From Azolla caroliniana (lineage: Eukaryota > Plantae > Polypodiophyta), in NCBI GenBank assembly GCA_043228905.1, contig JBHGNT010000003.1:9858001-9922000 (forward strand): DNA of 64,000 nt. The letters are read 5' to 3'. A program made the translations under genes and the position numbers. Under the pieces are notes generated by a model, which worked only from the letters and a program-made list of their open reading frames with translations, was not told where the DNA came from and made no database searches. Of the stretch, positions 40,661 through 55,200 are shown one piece after another. Numbering within the stretch: the first letter of the stretch is position 1; every line of letters starts with the position of its first letter.

Positions 40661-43600
40661 GTGATTGTAATATCAATAATGCATAGACTTATGACAATAA
40701 GCTTAATAATCAAAACATATGATGAAATAAATGTAAATACTTGAGGTACATCAAGAAGATGAATGGGATGCTCATTGTATTGATTCCTTCCAATACGTTT
40801 CCTGCACAAATCCTTCTTATTGGGTGAAACCCTACTCTCATTAGTGTTGTGACCCAAGCTTCGAAGAAGATGTCGATGTCCAAGAAAAGAAGATAATAAC
40901 AAACGAGAAGACAATAACAAGAAAAGATGTGACCAACAAGAATTTGTATTATCGTAAACCAAGATTACAAGGTGGCTGAAGATTGGTGTTGAATCGGAAT
41001 GGTTCAACAAGTCTAAGCAGATCTTCGACTTATATACTATATATCAGATTGTGCATGATCACCATTTGGCATACATGGTGTGTGCCACTTGGTGGTCATC
41101 TATTGTGTCTAGTGCTCCATAGTTCTTGAATAATAATAATATGAAAATAAATTTGTTAATTAAAATAAGTTGGTGTAATGGTTAGAGTGTAAGACCTTTG
41201 TTCAAAGATCACAAGTTCAATGAGTTCCATGAGTCGCAATGCATGAACTAGGTTTTGGTTTATGGGGATAACAAAGTTGAAACTCTTGTATAAGTTCAGA
41301 GGCATTAGTGACATTCGTTGCAGGTTCCTATGTTCGATTTGCAGGCGTGTATCCAAGCCAATCTACTAGATAATATAACTTATTGCGGACGATCTTGGAG
41401 TCCAAAATAACTTCTATTTCATATTCGGGTCCTTCAGCAAGTTGAATTGGAGGTGGTGGTGGAATAACTCGATTTGGGATAGAACTTGATGTCCATGATT
41501 CTAACAATGACACATGAAATACTGGATGAAGACGCATATGTGAAGGCAAGTCCAAACGAAATGCAACATTGTTGACTTGATGAGAGATTACAAATGGACC
41601 TAGACGTTGGAAATCCAAATTGGCACATGGTCGTGTAGTTTTCACATTACGACGCAATAACCATACACAATCACCAACTTTAAACTTAAGGTCCTCAAGT
41701 GTAGAATATAAGTGATGATTATCCGCCACCTTCTTGTAGTTAGCTTGAGCACGAAGAAAATTATGAGAAAGGTTGGCTTGACTTTCTTTGAGTTGTTCTA
41801 GACGATCCTTGACCGTGGGATTGTTTGAGACTTTTGAACATTCAAGCATCATCCACCAATGATGATATCCTATGTTTGCAAAGAATGGAGTGAATCCGTA
41901 GAAGAATGGATTGAATTATTGTAGGCAAATTCTGCCATATGTAAGAAATTCCGAAATGTCCAACCAATGGTGAATCATGGTAGTGATGCAAGACTTCAAG
42001 TCGAGAAGGTCCATTGGGAATATAAGTACGGTTGTTTCTAAAAATCAACCCATCATGCCAACTAAAGTTCCCATAATCCATGCGAGAAAACTTGGAGCAT
42101 GAACAAGAAGCATGATCTGGAACAATGTGGTCTAAAATATCTTGTGCAAAATCATTTGAACCACTGCTCGAGAGAATAGAATCAAGAAATTTGAATCCAA
42201 AGTTGTCCCAACAAAATTTGGCACCATTAATCGTAGACAACTGGGGCTCAAAAGGACTTGTTCTTGATGGTTATAAGTTGGGTCCCCTGGTTTTGGTGCA
42301 AAATAAGAGCGTCTTGATAAGGCATCAACTTTTCCTTGTTGTATTCCTGGTCGATATGTTATCACAAAGTTGAACCGTGTCATAAATTGTGCCCACCGAG
42401 CTTGTCATCGATTTGGGACTCGAGCATTTTGAAAGTATGTGAGGTTTTTATGATCATTGTAAACAACAATTTGGTGGGGAGAACCTTGAACTAAGAAGTG
42501 ACACCATTGTTCGAAAGAATGAACAATTGCCAACAATTCCTTGTCATGGATTTCATAATTGATTTCTGCAGCATCAAACTTTCTTGAATGAAATGTAACT
42601 GGATGCAATTTCTCATCATGCACTATTTGCGATAGAACACTTCCTAGTGCAAAATCAGATGCATTTGCTTCTATGATAAACGGCTTTTCAAGTTCAACGT
42701 GAACCAAAATGGGAGCAAATGTAAATGCTTGCTTCAAGCTGTCAAATGCATCGACTGCGCTTGACGTCCATACAAATGGTCGGCTCTTCTGTGTTTGTGT
42801 TAGTTTTGTGAGGGGCAAAACAATTTTTGAGTAACTCTTGATGAACATGTGGTAGAAATTTGAAAAACCCAAGAAACATTGCAGATCGCGAACTGAGCCT
42901 GGTGTCTTCCAATCTAGAACCATTTGTACTTTCTTTGGATCCATAGAAATACCTTCTGGAGAGACCATATACCATAGAAATTCCACTTGATTGCAGTCAA
43001 AGCAACACTTCTCTAGTTTGGCATAAAGACCAAATTCTCGTAATCGTTGTAGAACTTGTCAAACATGGTTATCATGCTCCTCTTGTGTCTTTTTCTAGAT
43101 TAGTATGTCCTCCAAGTAAATTATTGTGAAGATATCAAAGAAATCTCGAAAGATATCATTTGCCATATGTTGGAAAACTACTGGAGCATTTGTAAGATTG
43201 AATGGCATTACTATGTACTCAAAGTGACCATATCGCATATCAAAAACAGTTTTCCATTCATCACCAGGTCGAATATGAACAAGGTTGTAAGCTCCTCATA
43301 AGTCTAGCCTTGTGAAGTATTTGGCCCCACTGAGACGTTCCAAGAGATTTGGAATCAATGGTAGAGCATATCGATTTCGGATCATAACCTTGTTCAAGCC
43401 TTGATAATCTACGACCAAACTAAAGAGCCATCTTTCTTCTTAACAAAAAAAATAAGAGCGCCAGTAGGAGATCGAGAATGTCGAATAAAGCCATTTGCAA
43501 GATTCTCATCAATATATTCTCAAAGAACTTTCAATTCTGATGGTGAAAGGTTATAAATTGGTCTCCATGGTGGTTCTTTCTCAACATGCAAAACAATGGG

Positions 43601-43738
43601 ACAATCATATGGCCGATGATCAGGAAGTGTTGTGGCCTTTACCTTATCAAACACATCGGAAATTTTTTGATACTTTTTGTGGTAAATGGACCTCTGAATC
43701 TTGTGGGTTTGAAAACGGGGTTATGACCACTACAAACA

Positions 43739-44987
43739 TGTGAAAGAATACGTGTGCGGAAGCGTGTACGATAGACATTGAGTACACAATCGGTGTTCAG
43801 AAACTCAACAGTTAGGTAAACAGAGAGAATGGTGATGAGAGAGAAACAGAGAGAGTAGACAACAACTTTCTATTACGAATAATGAACACTCTATACATAC
43901 ACCGTCCTTCGTGAGCACTTTTTATACAAGCCTGGACAAGTGGGCTGGCACAAGTACCATAAGTACTTGAATGCTCATAAATGAGCCTGATACTAATTCT
44001 GCCTATAGTAATAGGAATATAGGCCCTCAACGGTGTCGTGGTGTGGCGTGTGCAGTGTGAGAAAAACCGAGGTTCCACGCACATCTCATGAAATAATGTA
44101 TAAATAAATAAATAATAATAATAATAATAATAAGTAGCTTGTAGTAGCTTAGTGGATAAGAATTATAAGTATATGTAGAGAGGTGTAGAGTTTGAGTCTC
44201 TCTTCTTACAAATCAAGGAATATTTTGCTCCCCTTCCATTTTTGTGATAAAGGAAATAAAGAAAAAAGCATGTAATGTTAAAATAAGCTCCTCTTTCCTC
44301 TATAAGAGAGGAGGGATAGGGTTTGAGAGCCTCCTTTTCTCCTTATCCCTTTCTCCTTCTTCTTTTCCTTCTAGGGTCTTCTTTTCTCCTCAACATACTA
44401 GAGTACTTAGGATTTTAGGGTTTGAGAGTTTTGCTTCTAGTATTCTACTTATTACTCGGGATATTTTAGGGTTTGGATTTCTTAAAGAATGGCTTCTTCG
44501 GCATCTCGGTGGTAGTCAACTCAGTGGCTGGGTGCGGAAGGGAGGTTATAGTGGCACAAGAGCTACTCCGAATCGAGGCAACATAGCCATCAGAAGTAGT
44601 TAGACTTGGAACCCACTAGACTCACCTTTGCCGGTTTATTTTAGCCCCTTTGGTTGGTTTATAACCGATTATTGTAATAACCTCCGAAATCGTGGTGTCA
44701 AGTCTAACAATTGTAAAAAAATTAAAAACAAAAACCCTAATCTATATCAAAACTTATGTATATTTCCCCATGTCTTTGTCTTAATCTCCCACTTCCTCAC
44801 TACTTTTGTCTCCCCGGTCCAAGGCCCCAACGGTCCCGTTCAAGCGACACACGCACGCGAAACTTTGCGACAACGGCCTTTTGGAATCCTTCCGACTCGG
44901 CAGACCCGAATCAAACTCTATTCGATTCGGCTCTCGGCTCTCGGCTTCTTCAGCCGATTCGACCCATGTTGAGCTTGTCTCTCAACA
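43739..44987 (-). mobile_element. Copia-family solo LTR with 5-bp TSD AAACA, itself interrupted by another solo LTR
   Basis: aaaca|TG..CA|aaaca. Its end atgttgagcttgtctctcaaca matches the copia LTR end atgttgagcttgattctcaaca at 59993-60014. Confidence 0.75.
44034..44872 (+). mobile_element. Solo LTR with 4-bp TSD ACGG
   Basis: acgg|TGTCGTGG..GCGACA|acgg. Its start resembles the reverse complement of the end of 61973-62639. Confidence 0.75.
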
Positions 44988-47462
44988 AAACACAAACATG
45001 TATTATATAGTAGCTTCTTTACGTAATCTTTCGAGAGAGATAGTTGATATATATCTTGGTTTTAGCTTTGAGGTTGATGTGGTGAGGAGCTTTGAATTTT
45101 TGTTGTCTCGTGAATCTATAATTTTACGCTTCTTCCAATCAATCTTTGGATTGTGAAGTTCGAACCAAGGCAACCCAAGAACAATTGGATGTTAAGGACT
45201 GCTTATGATATTGAAAGATATTACACAAGCTAAATTTCCACGAACTACATGAATAGGCTCTGATTGTTCGGTATGATGCAACAAAACGTCCATTGATTAC
45301 TGCTACAGAAGCTAGACGAGGAAGCTTATAGAGTATAATTTCTTGTGTTATGGAAAAATCCCGATCCATGAAACATGAGTTGACTCCTGAATCCAAGAGT
45401 GCAGATGCAAGAACTTGATGACATCTTGATGTGCTGAGTTGAACTTGTGCCGTTAAAACTTCACTGACTCGGTTCGATGAAATGGAACCCAAGCTATTAG
45501 AGATATGATCTAATGTAAGCGTATGATAAGGAGAAAAGAATGATAGATAGATAGATAGAAAGGAGAGAGAGAAAGAAGGGTGCCGATCCACCCGGCCACC
45601 CCCAAGCGAAGGGATTGAGACGGACTCGAGCCTCGATTGGCGTCCAATACCACTGTCGTGGCATCGAGTCGTACTTGGTGCTGGCGCGCTCGCTACAAGA
45701 GTTAAACCACCACGAAACAAAGTCTCGACGTAGTCAAAAGATGATGAAACGAGGGTAGCTAGGCCTCTTATTTATAGCGATACCCAAGGCCTCCAGGCAA
45801 GTTCACACTTGGCCTAATGGGTTGTCTCAATCCCAAAGATTAAAAGTAATCCTCCCCTTCTTTACACTCTCGTTTAACCCTCACACTTATCCACGTGTAT
45901 AGAATACTACGGTAAATTCTCACCACGGGATAATATATGGTCATGCCCGTAACATACTCCCTCTTTAAAACATTGCACTCTTGTAATGGGAAGTTAGTTC
46001 TGAGAGTATTTTCACGTTCCCATGTGGCATCTTTTATTGATTTATCCATCCATTTTATTTTAAATTCTCAGATTTCTTTAGTACGTAATTTTTTTGTTTT
46101 AACATCGAGAATTCTTTCTAGTACATGTGGTTTAGAAGATAATTATTCAGAAGTAACTAGAGTTTTAGTTGTAACTGTATTGTTGCCAAAACGTAGAAGT
46201 TCTTTTAGACGACTCACATGAAAAACTGGATGAATATCAACACCATCAGGAAGAGTGAGACAATAGGCTGATGACCCAATGCGTTTGAGGACTGTAAAAG
46301 GTCCACAAAACTGTGGGGCTAACTTAGCGCACTTACCCTTAGACAATGTCTTAGAATTGTGAGGTACACGTAAAAATACCTTCTGTCCAGGGTTGAATAC
46401 ACGAGGTTGCCTATGATGATCGACATAAAAACGTGCTCTATCTTGAGCTATTTTTATATTATCTCGTGCAATATGCAACATATCTTGCATATCCCAAAGA
46501 AAGTTTTACGTACTTCGCAACTCATCATGATGTATATTAACATCAATCGGGGCTCGTGGCTGAAAACCATACATCAACATAAAATGACTATATCTCGTCG
46601 ACATATGCTTGGAGCTGTTATAAGCAAACTCCAAAATTGGGAGATAATGTTCCCATTTTGTTGGTTTTGTACCAACGTATGCTCGAAGCATATCTTCAAT
46701 AATTTGATTTACTCGTTCTGTCTGTCCATTGGATTGAGGATGATCCGTGGAGCTCATGCTCAATGTAGTTTCTAAGTTCTTAAAGACTTGCGTTCAAAAG
46801 TGTTGGGTTTACGGTCCCTTTCGGATGGGATGGTCGGATGTCGGAGATGAATGACGACAAGCCCGATTGCGGTTTCGGAACCGGATGATGAAGACCCCGG
46901 CTTTGGAGCCGGATGACGAATGTACCCGGAGAGAGATCCGGATGCAGGGACATATCTGTGAATATGTTTGCCAAGGGCCCTTGAGGCTATAGTTGTAAAT
47001 AGCCCTAAAGTCATATGTGTATAAATATGACTTAGGGCAAACAGTTTTAATGTTGCTACTTATTTTTCTGTTTTTCCACTCAAGAGGAGTGAAGAGAGAG
47101 AGCAGCCGTGAGAGAGAGAGAGAGCAGCCGTGAGAGAGATAGAGCGCGAGAGAGGAAGAGGTCGACGCCTCTGTGTAATTCCGCCGCCTGTGGCGAGGAC
47201 AGCGAGCTCAAGGTCGTCGCCTTGCAGCTCGCCATTGTATATTTCTCTGTGCATAGTTTTGGTTTGGAGTCTTGTACTCCCGTGGTTTTTCCCGTACAGG
47301 GTTTTCCACGTTAAATCGTGTGCCCACTTATTTACTTTTGCATTTCCCATTTTCTACAACAACGATTCGTGTGTTTCCTTGGTTGTGGCCGAGAGGTGGA
47401 GTTTGGAAAGTGTCGATTGATTATTTCCATCAATTTGGTATCAGAGCAGGCTGCTGCAGAAA

Positions 47463-50400
47463 ATGGAAGGCGGCGGCAGCGGGCAGCCGGGGATGATGGT
47501 GTTGAATGCGCAGAATTACGCCGACTGGAAGATCAAGATGGAGGATCTTCTGATTGTTCGGGACCTGTACGAACCGATTGACAGGTCGGAAATACCGAAG
47601 GGAGTACTTGAGTCGGAATGGAGGCTTCTGAACCGGAAAGCCGTTGCAACCATTCGGCAATACGTAGACGTGAACGTTCTACAACATGTGGCGAACGACA
47701 TCAACGCATATGAGATGTGGCGGAAGCTGTCGGGCCTCTACGAGAGGAAGAATGCGTTGAACCGGACCTCCCTGATGAGGAAGATAGTGAACCTCAAGTA
47801 CCGGGACGGCGAGAGTATGGTGGAACACGTAAGCACGTTCATGGGATTCGTGAACCAGCTTGCGGCGATCAAGTTCCCGCTGGAGGATGCAATGCAAGCC
47901 ATCATTCTGATGTGTACATTGCCGGAAAGCTGGGAGAACTTGGTGGTGACTCTCAGCACCTCCTGCACGGAAGATAACTTGTCCCTACAAACGGTAAAGA
48001 CAAGTATTTTGAACGAAGAAGCGCGTCGGAGAGATAAAGAACCGGCCTCTGACTCGAAGGCGCTGCTTACCGAATCGGAACGGGGAAGACAATGGAACCG
48101 GAGTCCGCAAAGACGGGAGAAGTCGGGGACCCGGTCGCAGTCAAGAGGAAGACCCACATGCTTCCACTGTGGGAAGCCGGGGCACTTCCGGAAGAATTGT
48201 CGGCATTACCGAAAGGACAACGGAGCCGACGACACCGATTCGAAGAAGTCACCGGAGAGAAACGGTGCATACCGGGGAGCCACGGACCGGAGAGGTCCGG
48301 ATCGGCGAGGGCAGGACCGGAAAGGAACGACGGCACTCGCGGCAAGTGAGGAAGAAATCATGCTCATCACCAAAGAAGGTGAACTAAACATTACCGACGA
48401 TGAGACGACCTGGGTGGTCGATTCCGGAGCGTCGTTCCACCTAACCCCGGAGAGAAGATACTTCTCATCCTACACAGCCGGTGAGCATGGCTGTGTTCGG
48501 ATGGGAAATGAAGGTACGTGCCGGATTTCCGGCATAGGAGACGTGTGGTTGACAACCTCGACCGGATGCAAAATGCTGCTGAAGGATGTCCGACACGTTC
48601 CGGAGGTTCGATTGAACCTGATTTCGGCCGGGAGGCTGGACGATGAAGGCTACACAGGTAGCATCCGGAACGGCGTAATGAAGTTCAGCAAGGGGAGCCT
48701 GATAGTGGCTCGGGCCCGGAAAGTCAACACACTGTACCTTATGAATGCCTGGTTGTGTCCGGAAGAGTTGAACGTGGCAGCCGACACTGCCGGTGAGCTG
48801 TGGCACAAGAGACTGTGCCACATGAGTGAGAAGGGGATGAAGAGGCTTGCAGAAGACAACCTTATTCCAGTGAAGCATGTGCACCTGGAGAAGTGCACCG
48901 ATTGCCTGGCCGGTAAGCAGAACCGAACCTCCTTCCACTCAAGGCCACCGACGAGACGTAGCGCACCATTGGAGTTGGTGCACACTGATGTGTGTCAGGT
49001 AGAAACGAAGTCACATGGCGGAGCCCAGTACTTCGTAACATTCATAGATGATCATAGCCGAAAACTGTGGACGGCACCGCTGAAGACAAAGGACCAAGTG
49101 TTGTGCGTCTTCAAAGAACTCCACGCGAGAGTGGAAAGGGAATCCGGCAAGAAGCTGAAAGCGATACGAGCGGATAACGGAGGGGAATACCGGGGGCAGT
49201 TCGCGGAGTACTGTCGCTCGAAGGGAATCCGGCTCGAGTTTACTGTGCCGAAGACGCCGGAACTGAACGGGCTGGCTGAGAGGATGAACCGGACCATAAT
49301 GGAGAGGGTCCGGAGTATGCTGGCGCATGCGGAATTACCCAAGGGGTTTTGGGCTGAGGCGATGTCGACGGCGACATACGTGATAAACAGATCATCCTCA
49401 GTACCTTTGGACGGAGACACGCCGTAGAGAGTGTGGACCGGTAGGGAAGTATCCTACCGGCATCTGAAGGTGTTCGGGTGTCTCGCATACGTGCATGTGG
49501 CAAAGGACCGGAGAGGAAAGCTAGATCCAAAGACCCGGCCATGCATATTCCTCGGTTACGGCGATGACGAGTTCGGCTACCGAGTATGGGACCCGGTCGA
49601 CAAGAAGATATTCCGGAGTCGTGATATCATCTTCATGGAGAACAAGACACTCGCCGACTGGGAGTCGGAGAAGAAGATGAAGAGCTCCAAGTCGACCGGT
49701 GAGGATAAACTCTACGAGGAGCAGTCCCGACCGGCAAGGGACCGGTTAACACTCGAAGATCCGGCCGAAGACGGTGAAGAAACAGAACCGGCCGAGGAAG
49801 ATGAAAATGATACCGGAACCGGCCCCGATCCCGAAATGGATTCGGATGAAGAAGAAATGGAGGAGCCGGTTACCGAAGCTCCGGAACGGAGATATCCTCT
49901 AAGAGAGAGAAGGGCCCCCCGGAGATTTCCGGAACCAGAGCACGTGCTGCTAACCGACGAGGGGGAGCCGGAGAGCTTTGAAGAAGCAAAGCATGACACT
50001 CAGAGTCGCAGGTGGTTGAGTGCCATGCAGGACGAGATGGATTCCCTGCATGAGAACCACACATATGAACTTGTGGAGTTGCCGAAAGGAAAGCGGGCAC
50101 TTCGAAACAAGTGGGTGTTCAAGCTGAAACCGGGAGATGCCGGAAACCCCCCGAGATACAAAGCCAGGATCGTGGTGAAGGGGTTTCAGCAGAAGAAGGG
50201 CGTCGACTTCGACGAGATATTTGCCCCGGTAGTGAAGATGACCTCCATCCGGACGGTGCTGAGCATAGCGGCAAGCATGGACCTCGAGGTAGAACAGATG
50301 GACGTGAAGACGGCATTCCTTCACGGTGACCTCGAAGAAGAGATCTACATGCAGCAACCGGAAGGATTCGAGAAGAAAGGGAAGGAGCACCTGGTATGCC

Positions 50401-51536
50401 GGTTGAAGAAGAGCCTTTACGGTCTGAAGCAGGCTCCCCGGCAATGGTACCGGAAGTTCGACTCTTTCATGACCGACGAAGGGTACCTAAAAACGCAGTC
50501 CGACCACTGCGTGTTTGTGAAGAAGTTCGAAGGAGGAGACTTTCTAATACTCCTCCTGTACGTGGACGACATGTTGATCGTCGGACGGGACCAGGTCAAG
50601 ATACGGATGCTGAAGAAGGCTCTTCATCGAACCTTCTCAATGAAGGACTTGGGTCCGGCGAGACAAATACTAGGGATGCACATCATCCGGGACCGGAGCA
50701 AGAAGCAGTTGTGGCTGTCACAGGAGAAGTACGTGACAAAGGTGCTTAAACGGTTCAACATGTCGGAAGCAAGACCGGTCGGATCGACCCTCCCGGCAAA
50801 CTGCAAGCTGTCCAGCAAGCAAAGCCCCAAGACAAAGGCTGAGAAGGAGGACATGATGAAAGTGCCATATGCCTCTGCCGTCGGAAGCTTGATGTACACA
50901 ATGGTGTGTACAAGATCGGACATTGGATACGCAGTCGGAGTGGTGAGCCGGTACATGAGCAATCCCGGCAAAGAGCATTGGAACGCTGCCAAGTGGATAC
51001 TCCGATACCTGAAGGGCACGGCAAACGTGTGCCTCCGATTCGGTTCCGGTAAGCCCGAACTCGACGGCTTTACCGATTCGGATATGTCGGCTGATGCAGA
51101 TACCAGCCGGTTCACATCAGGGTATGTGATGACGTATGCAGGGGGAGCTGTTTCATGGTAGTCAAGGCTGCAGAAGACGGTTGCGTTGTCAACCACGGAG
51201 GCGGAGTACATGGCGGCTGTTGAAGCCGGCAAGGAAATAATATGGATGAAGGACTTCATTAGAGAGCTCGGTATCCGGCAGGAGGAGTACCGACTCTACT
51301 GCGACAGTCAGAGTGCAATCCACCTTGCGAAGAACGCGGCCTATCACTCCCGGACGAAGCACATCCAGCGAAGATATCACTGGATCCGGGAAAGGATAGA
51401 AGACAAGGAGTTCGTGCTGACGAAGATCCACACGGACGAGAACGGGTCGGATATGCTGACCAAGGTGCTCACACCCGACAAGCTGGAAGCATGCCGGAAG
51501 AGGATCGGATTGGAGAGACATCCCATGCCGAAGTGA
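47463..51536 (+). pseudogene. Copia gag-pol copy 1 with two in-frame TAG stops (49425-49427, 51159-51161)
   Basis: CFHCGKPGHFRKNC, WVVDSGASFH, LWHKRLCH, VHTDVC..IRADNGGEY, YKARIVVKGF, YVDD and RNaseH CDSQSAI, all in one frame. Confidence 0.95.
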
Positions 51537-52208
51537 AGGGGGAGTTTGTTGGGTTTACGGTCCCTTTCGGATGGGATGGTCGGATGTCGGAGATGAATGA
51601 CGACAAGCCCGGTTGCGGTTTCGGAACCGGATGATGAAGACCCCGGCTTCGGAGCCGGATGACGAATGTACCCGGAGAGAGATCCGGATGCGGGGACATA
51701 TCTGTGAATATGTTTGCCAAGGGCCCTTGAGGCTATAGTTGTAAATAGCCCTAAAGTCATATGTGTATAAATATGACTTAGGGCAAACAGTTTTAATGTT
51801 GCTACTTATTTTTCTGTTTTTCCACTCAAGAGGAGTGAAGAGAGAGAGCAGCCGTGAGAGAGAGAGAGAGCAGCCGTGAGAGAGATAGAGCGCGAGAGAG
51901 GAAGAGGTCGACGCCTCTGTGTAATTCCGCCGCCTGTGGCGAGGACAGCGAGCTCAAGGTCGTCGCCTTGCAGCTCGCCATTGTATATTTCTCTGTGCAT
52001 AGTTTTGGTTTGGAGTCTTGTACTCCCGTGGTTTTTCCCGTACAGGGTTTTCCACGTTAAATCGTGTGCCCACTTATTTACTTTTGCATTTCCCATTTTC
52101 TACAACAACGATTCGTGTGTTTCCTTGGTTGTGGCCGAGAGGTGGAGTTTGGAAAGTGTCGATTGATTATTTCCATCAATTTGGTATCAGAGCAGGCTGC
52201 TGCAGAAA

Positions 52209-55200
52209 ATGGAAGGCGGCGGCAGCGGGCAGCCGGGGATGATGGTGTTGAATGCGCAGAATTACGCCGACTGGAAGATCAAGATGGAGGATCTTCTGAT
52301 TGTTCGGGACCTGTACGAACCGATTGACAGGTCGGAAATACCGAAGGGAGTACTTGAGTCGGAATGGAGGCTTCTGAACCGGAAAGCCGTTGCAACCATT
52401 CGGCAATACGTAGACGTGAACGTTCTACAACATGTGGCGAACGACATCAACGCATATGAGATGTGGCGGAAGCTGTCGGGCCTCTACGAGAGGAAGAATG
52501 CGTTGAACCGGACCTCCCTGATGAGGAAGATAGTGAACCTCAAGTACCGGGACGGCGAGAGTATGGTGGAACACGTAAGCACGTTCATGGGATTCGTGAA
52601 CCAGCTTGCGGCGATCAAGTTCCCGCTGGAGGATGCAATGCAAGCCATCATTCTGATGTGTACATTGCCGGAAAGCTGGGAGAACTTGGTGGTGACTCTC
52701 AGCACCTCCTGCACGGAAGATAACTTGTCCCTACAAACGGTAAAGACAAGTATTTTGAACGAAGAAGCGCGTCGGAGAGATAAAGAACCGGCCTCCGACT
52801 CGAAGGCGCTGCTTACCGAATCGGAACGGGGAAGACAATGGAACCGGAGTCCGCAAAGACGGGAGAAGTCGGGGACCCGGTCGCAGTCAAGAGGAAGACC
52901 CACATGCTTCCACTGTGGGAAGCCGGGGCACTTCCGGAAGAATTGTCGGCATTACCGAAAGGACAACGGAGCCGACGACACCGATTCGAAGAAGTCACCG
53001 GAGAGAAACGGTGCATACCGGGGAGCCACGGACCGGAGAGGTCCGGATCGGCGAGGGCAGGACCGGAAAGGAACGACGGCACTCGCGGCAAGTGAGGAAG
53101 AAATCATGCTCATCACCAAAGAAGGTGAACTAAACATTACCGACGATGAGACGACCTGGGTGGTCGATTCCGGAGCGTCGTTCCACCTAACCCCGGAGAG
53201 AAGATACTTCTCATCCTACACAGCCGGTGAGCATGGCTGTGTTCGGATGGGAAATGAAGGTACGTGCCGGATTTCCGGCATAGGAGACGTGTGGTTGACA
53301 ACCTCGACCGGATGCAAAATGCTGCTGAAGGATGTCCGACACGTTCCGGAGGTTCGATTGAACCTGATTTCGGCCGGGAGGCTAGACGATGAAGGCTACA
53401 CAGGTAGCATCCGGAACGGCGTAATGAAGTTCAGCAAGGGGAGCCTGATAGTGGCTCGGGCCCGGAAAGTCAACACACTGTACCTTATGAATGCCTGGTT
53501 GTGTCCGGAAGAGTTGAACGTGGCAGCCGACACTGCCGGTGAGCTGTGGCACAAGAGACTGTGCCACATGAGTGAGAAGGGGATGAAGAGGCTTGCAGAA
53601 GACAACCTTATTCCAGTGAAGCATGTGCACCTGGAGAAGTGCACCGATTGCCTGGCCGGTAAGCAGAACCGAACCTCCTTCCACTCAAGGCCACCGACGA
53701 GACGTAGCGCACCATTGGAGTTGGTGCACACTGATGTGTGTCAGGTAGAAACGAAGTCACATGGCGGAGCCCAGTACTTCGTAACATTCATAGATGATCA
53801 TAGCCGAAAACTGTGGACGGCACCGCTGAAGACAAAGGACCAAGTGTTGTGCGTCTTCAAAGAACTCCACGCGAGAGTGGAAAGGGAATCCGGCAAGAAG
53901 CTGAAAGCGATACGAGCGGATAACGGAGGGGAATACCGGGGGCAGTTCGCGGAGTACTGTCGCTCGAAGGGAATCCGGCTCGAGTTTACTGTGCCGAAGA
54001 CGCCGGAACTGAACGGGCTGGCTGAGAGGATGAACCGGACCATAATGGAGAGGGTCCGGAGTATGCTGGCGCATGCGGAATTACCCAAGGGGTTTTGGGC
54101 TGAGGCGATGTCGACGGCGACATACGTGATAAACAGATCATCCTCAGTACCTTTGGACGGAGACACGCCGTAGAGAGTGTGGACCGGTAGGGAAGTATCC
54201 TACCGGCATCTGAAGGTGTTCGGGTGTCTCGCATACGTGCATGTGGCAAAGGACCGGAGAGGAAAGCTAGATCCAAAGACCCGGCCATGCATATTCCTCG
54301 GTTACGGCGATGACGAGTTCGGCTACCGAGTATGGGACCCGGTCGACAAGAAGATATTCCGGAGTCGTGATATCATCTTCATGGAGAACAAGACACTCGC
54401 CGACTGGGAGTCGGAGAAGAAGATGAAGAGCTCCAAGTCGACCGGTGAGGATAAACTCTACGAGGAGCAGTCCCGACCGGCAAGGGACCGGTTAACACTC
54501 GAAGATCCGGCCGAAGACGGTGAAGAAACAGAACCGGCCGAGGAAGATGAAAATGATACCGGAACCGGCCCCGATCCCGAAATGGATTCGGATGAAGAAG
54601 AAATGGAGGAGCCGGTTACCGAAGCTCCGGAACGGAGATATCCTCTAAGAGAGAGAAGGGCCCCCCGGAGATTTCCGGAACCAGAGCACGTGCTGCTAAC
54701 CGACGAGGGGGAGCCGGAGAGCTTTGAAGAAGCAAAGCATGACACTCAGAGTCGCAGGTGGTTGAGTGCAATGCAGGACGAGATGGATTCCCTGCATGAG
54801 AACCACACATATGAACTTGTGGAGTTGCCGAAAGGAAAGCGGGCACTTCGAAACAAGTGGGTGTTCAAGCTGAAACCGGGAGATGCCGGAAACCCCCCGA
54901 GATACAAAGCCAGGATCGTGGTGAAGGGGTTTCAGCAGAAGAAGGGCGTCGACTTCGACGAGATATTTGCCCCGGTAGTGAAGATGACCTCCATCCGGAC
55001 GGTGCTGAGCATAGCGGCAAGCATGGACCTCGAGGTAGAACAGATGGACGTGAAGACGACATTCCTTCACGGTGACCTCGAAGAAGAGATCTACATGCAG
55101 CAACCGGAAGGATTCGAGAAGAAAGGGAAGGAGCACCTGGTATGCCGGTTGAAGAAGAGCCTTTACGGTCTGAAGCAGGCTCCCCGGCAATGGTACCGGA

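Larger units (their letters stand above)
40845..45513 (-). mobile_element. Degenerate Ty3/gypsy chromovirus (protease, RT, RNaseH, partly deleted integrase, chromodomain; probable 3' LTR ~41273-40845)
   Basis: ALLDSGVNSCFMD (protease, ~45400), RT remnants 43000-43500, EANASDFALG..NYEIHDKELLAI, and PEYEIEVILDSKIVRNKLYYLVDWLGY, close to ORF 8-1441. LTR boundaries are tentative. Confidence 0.85.
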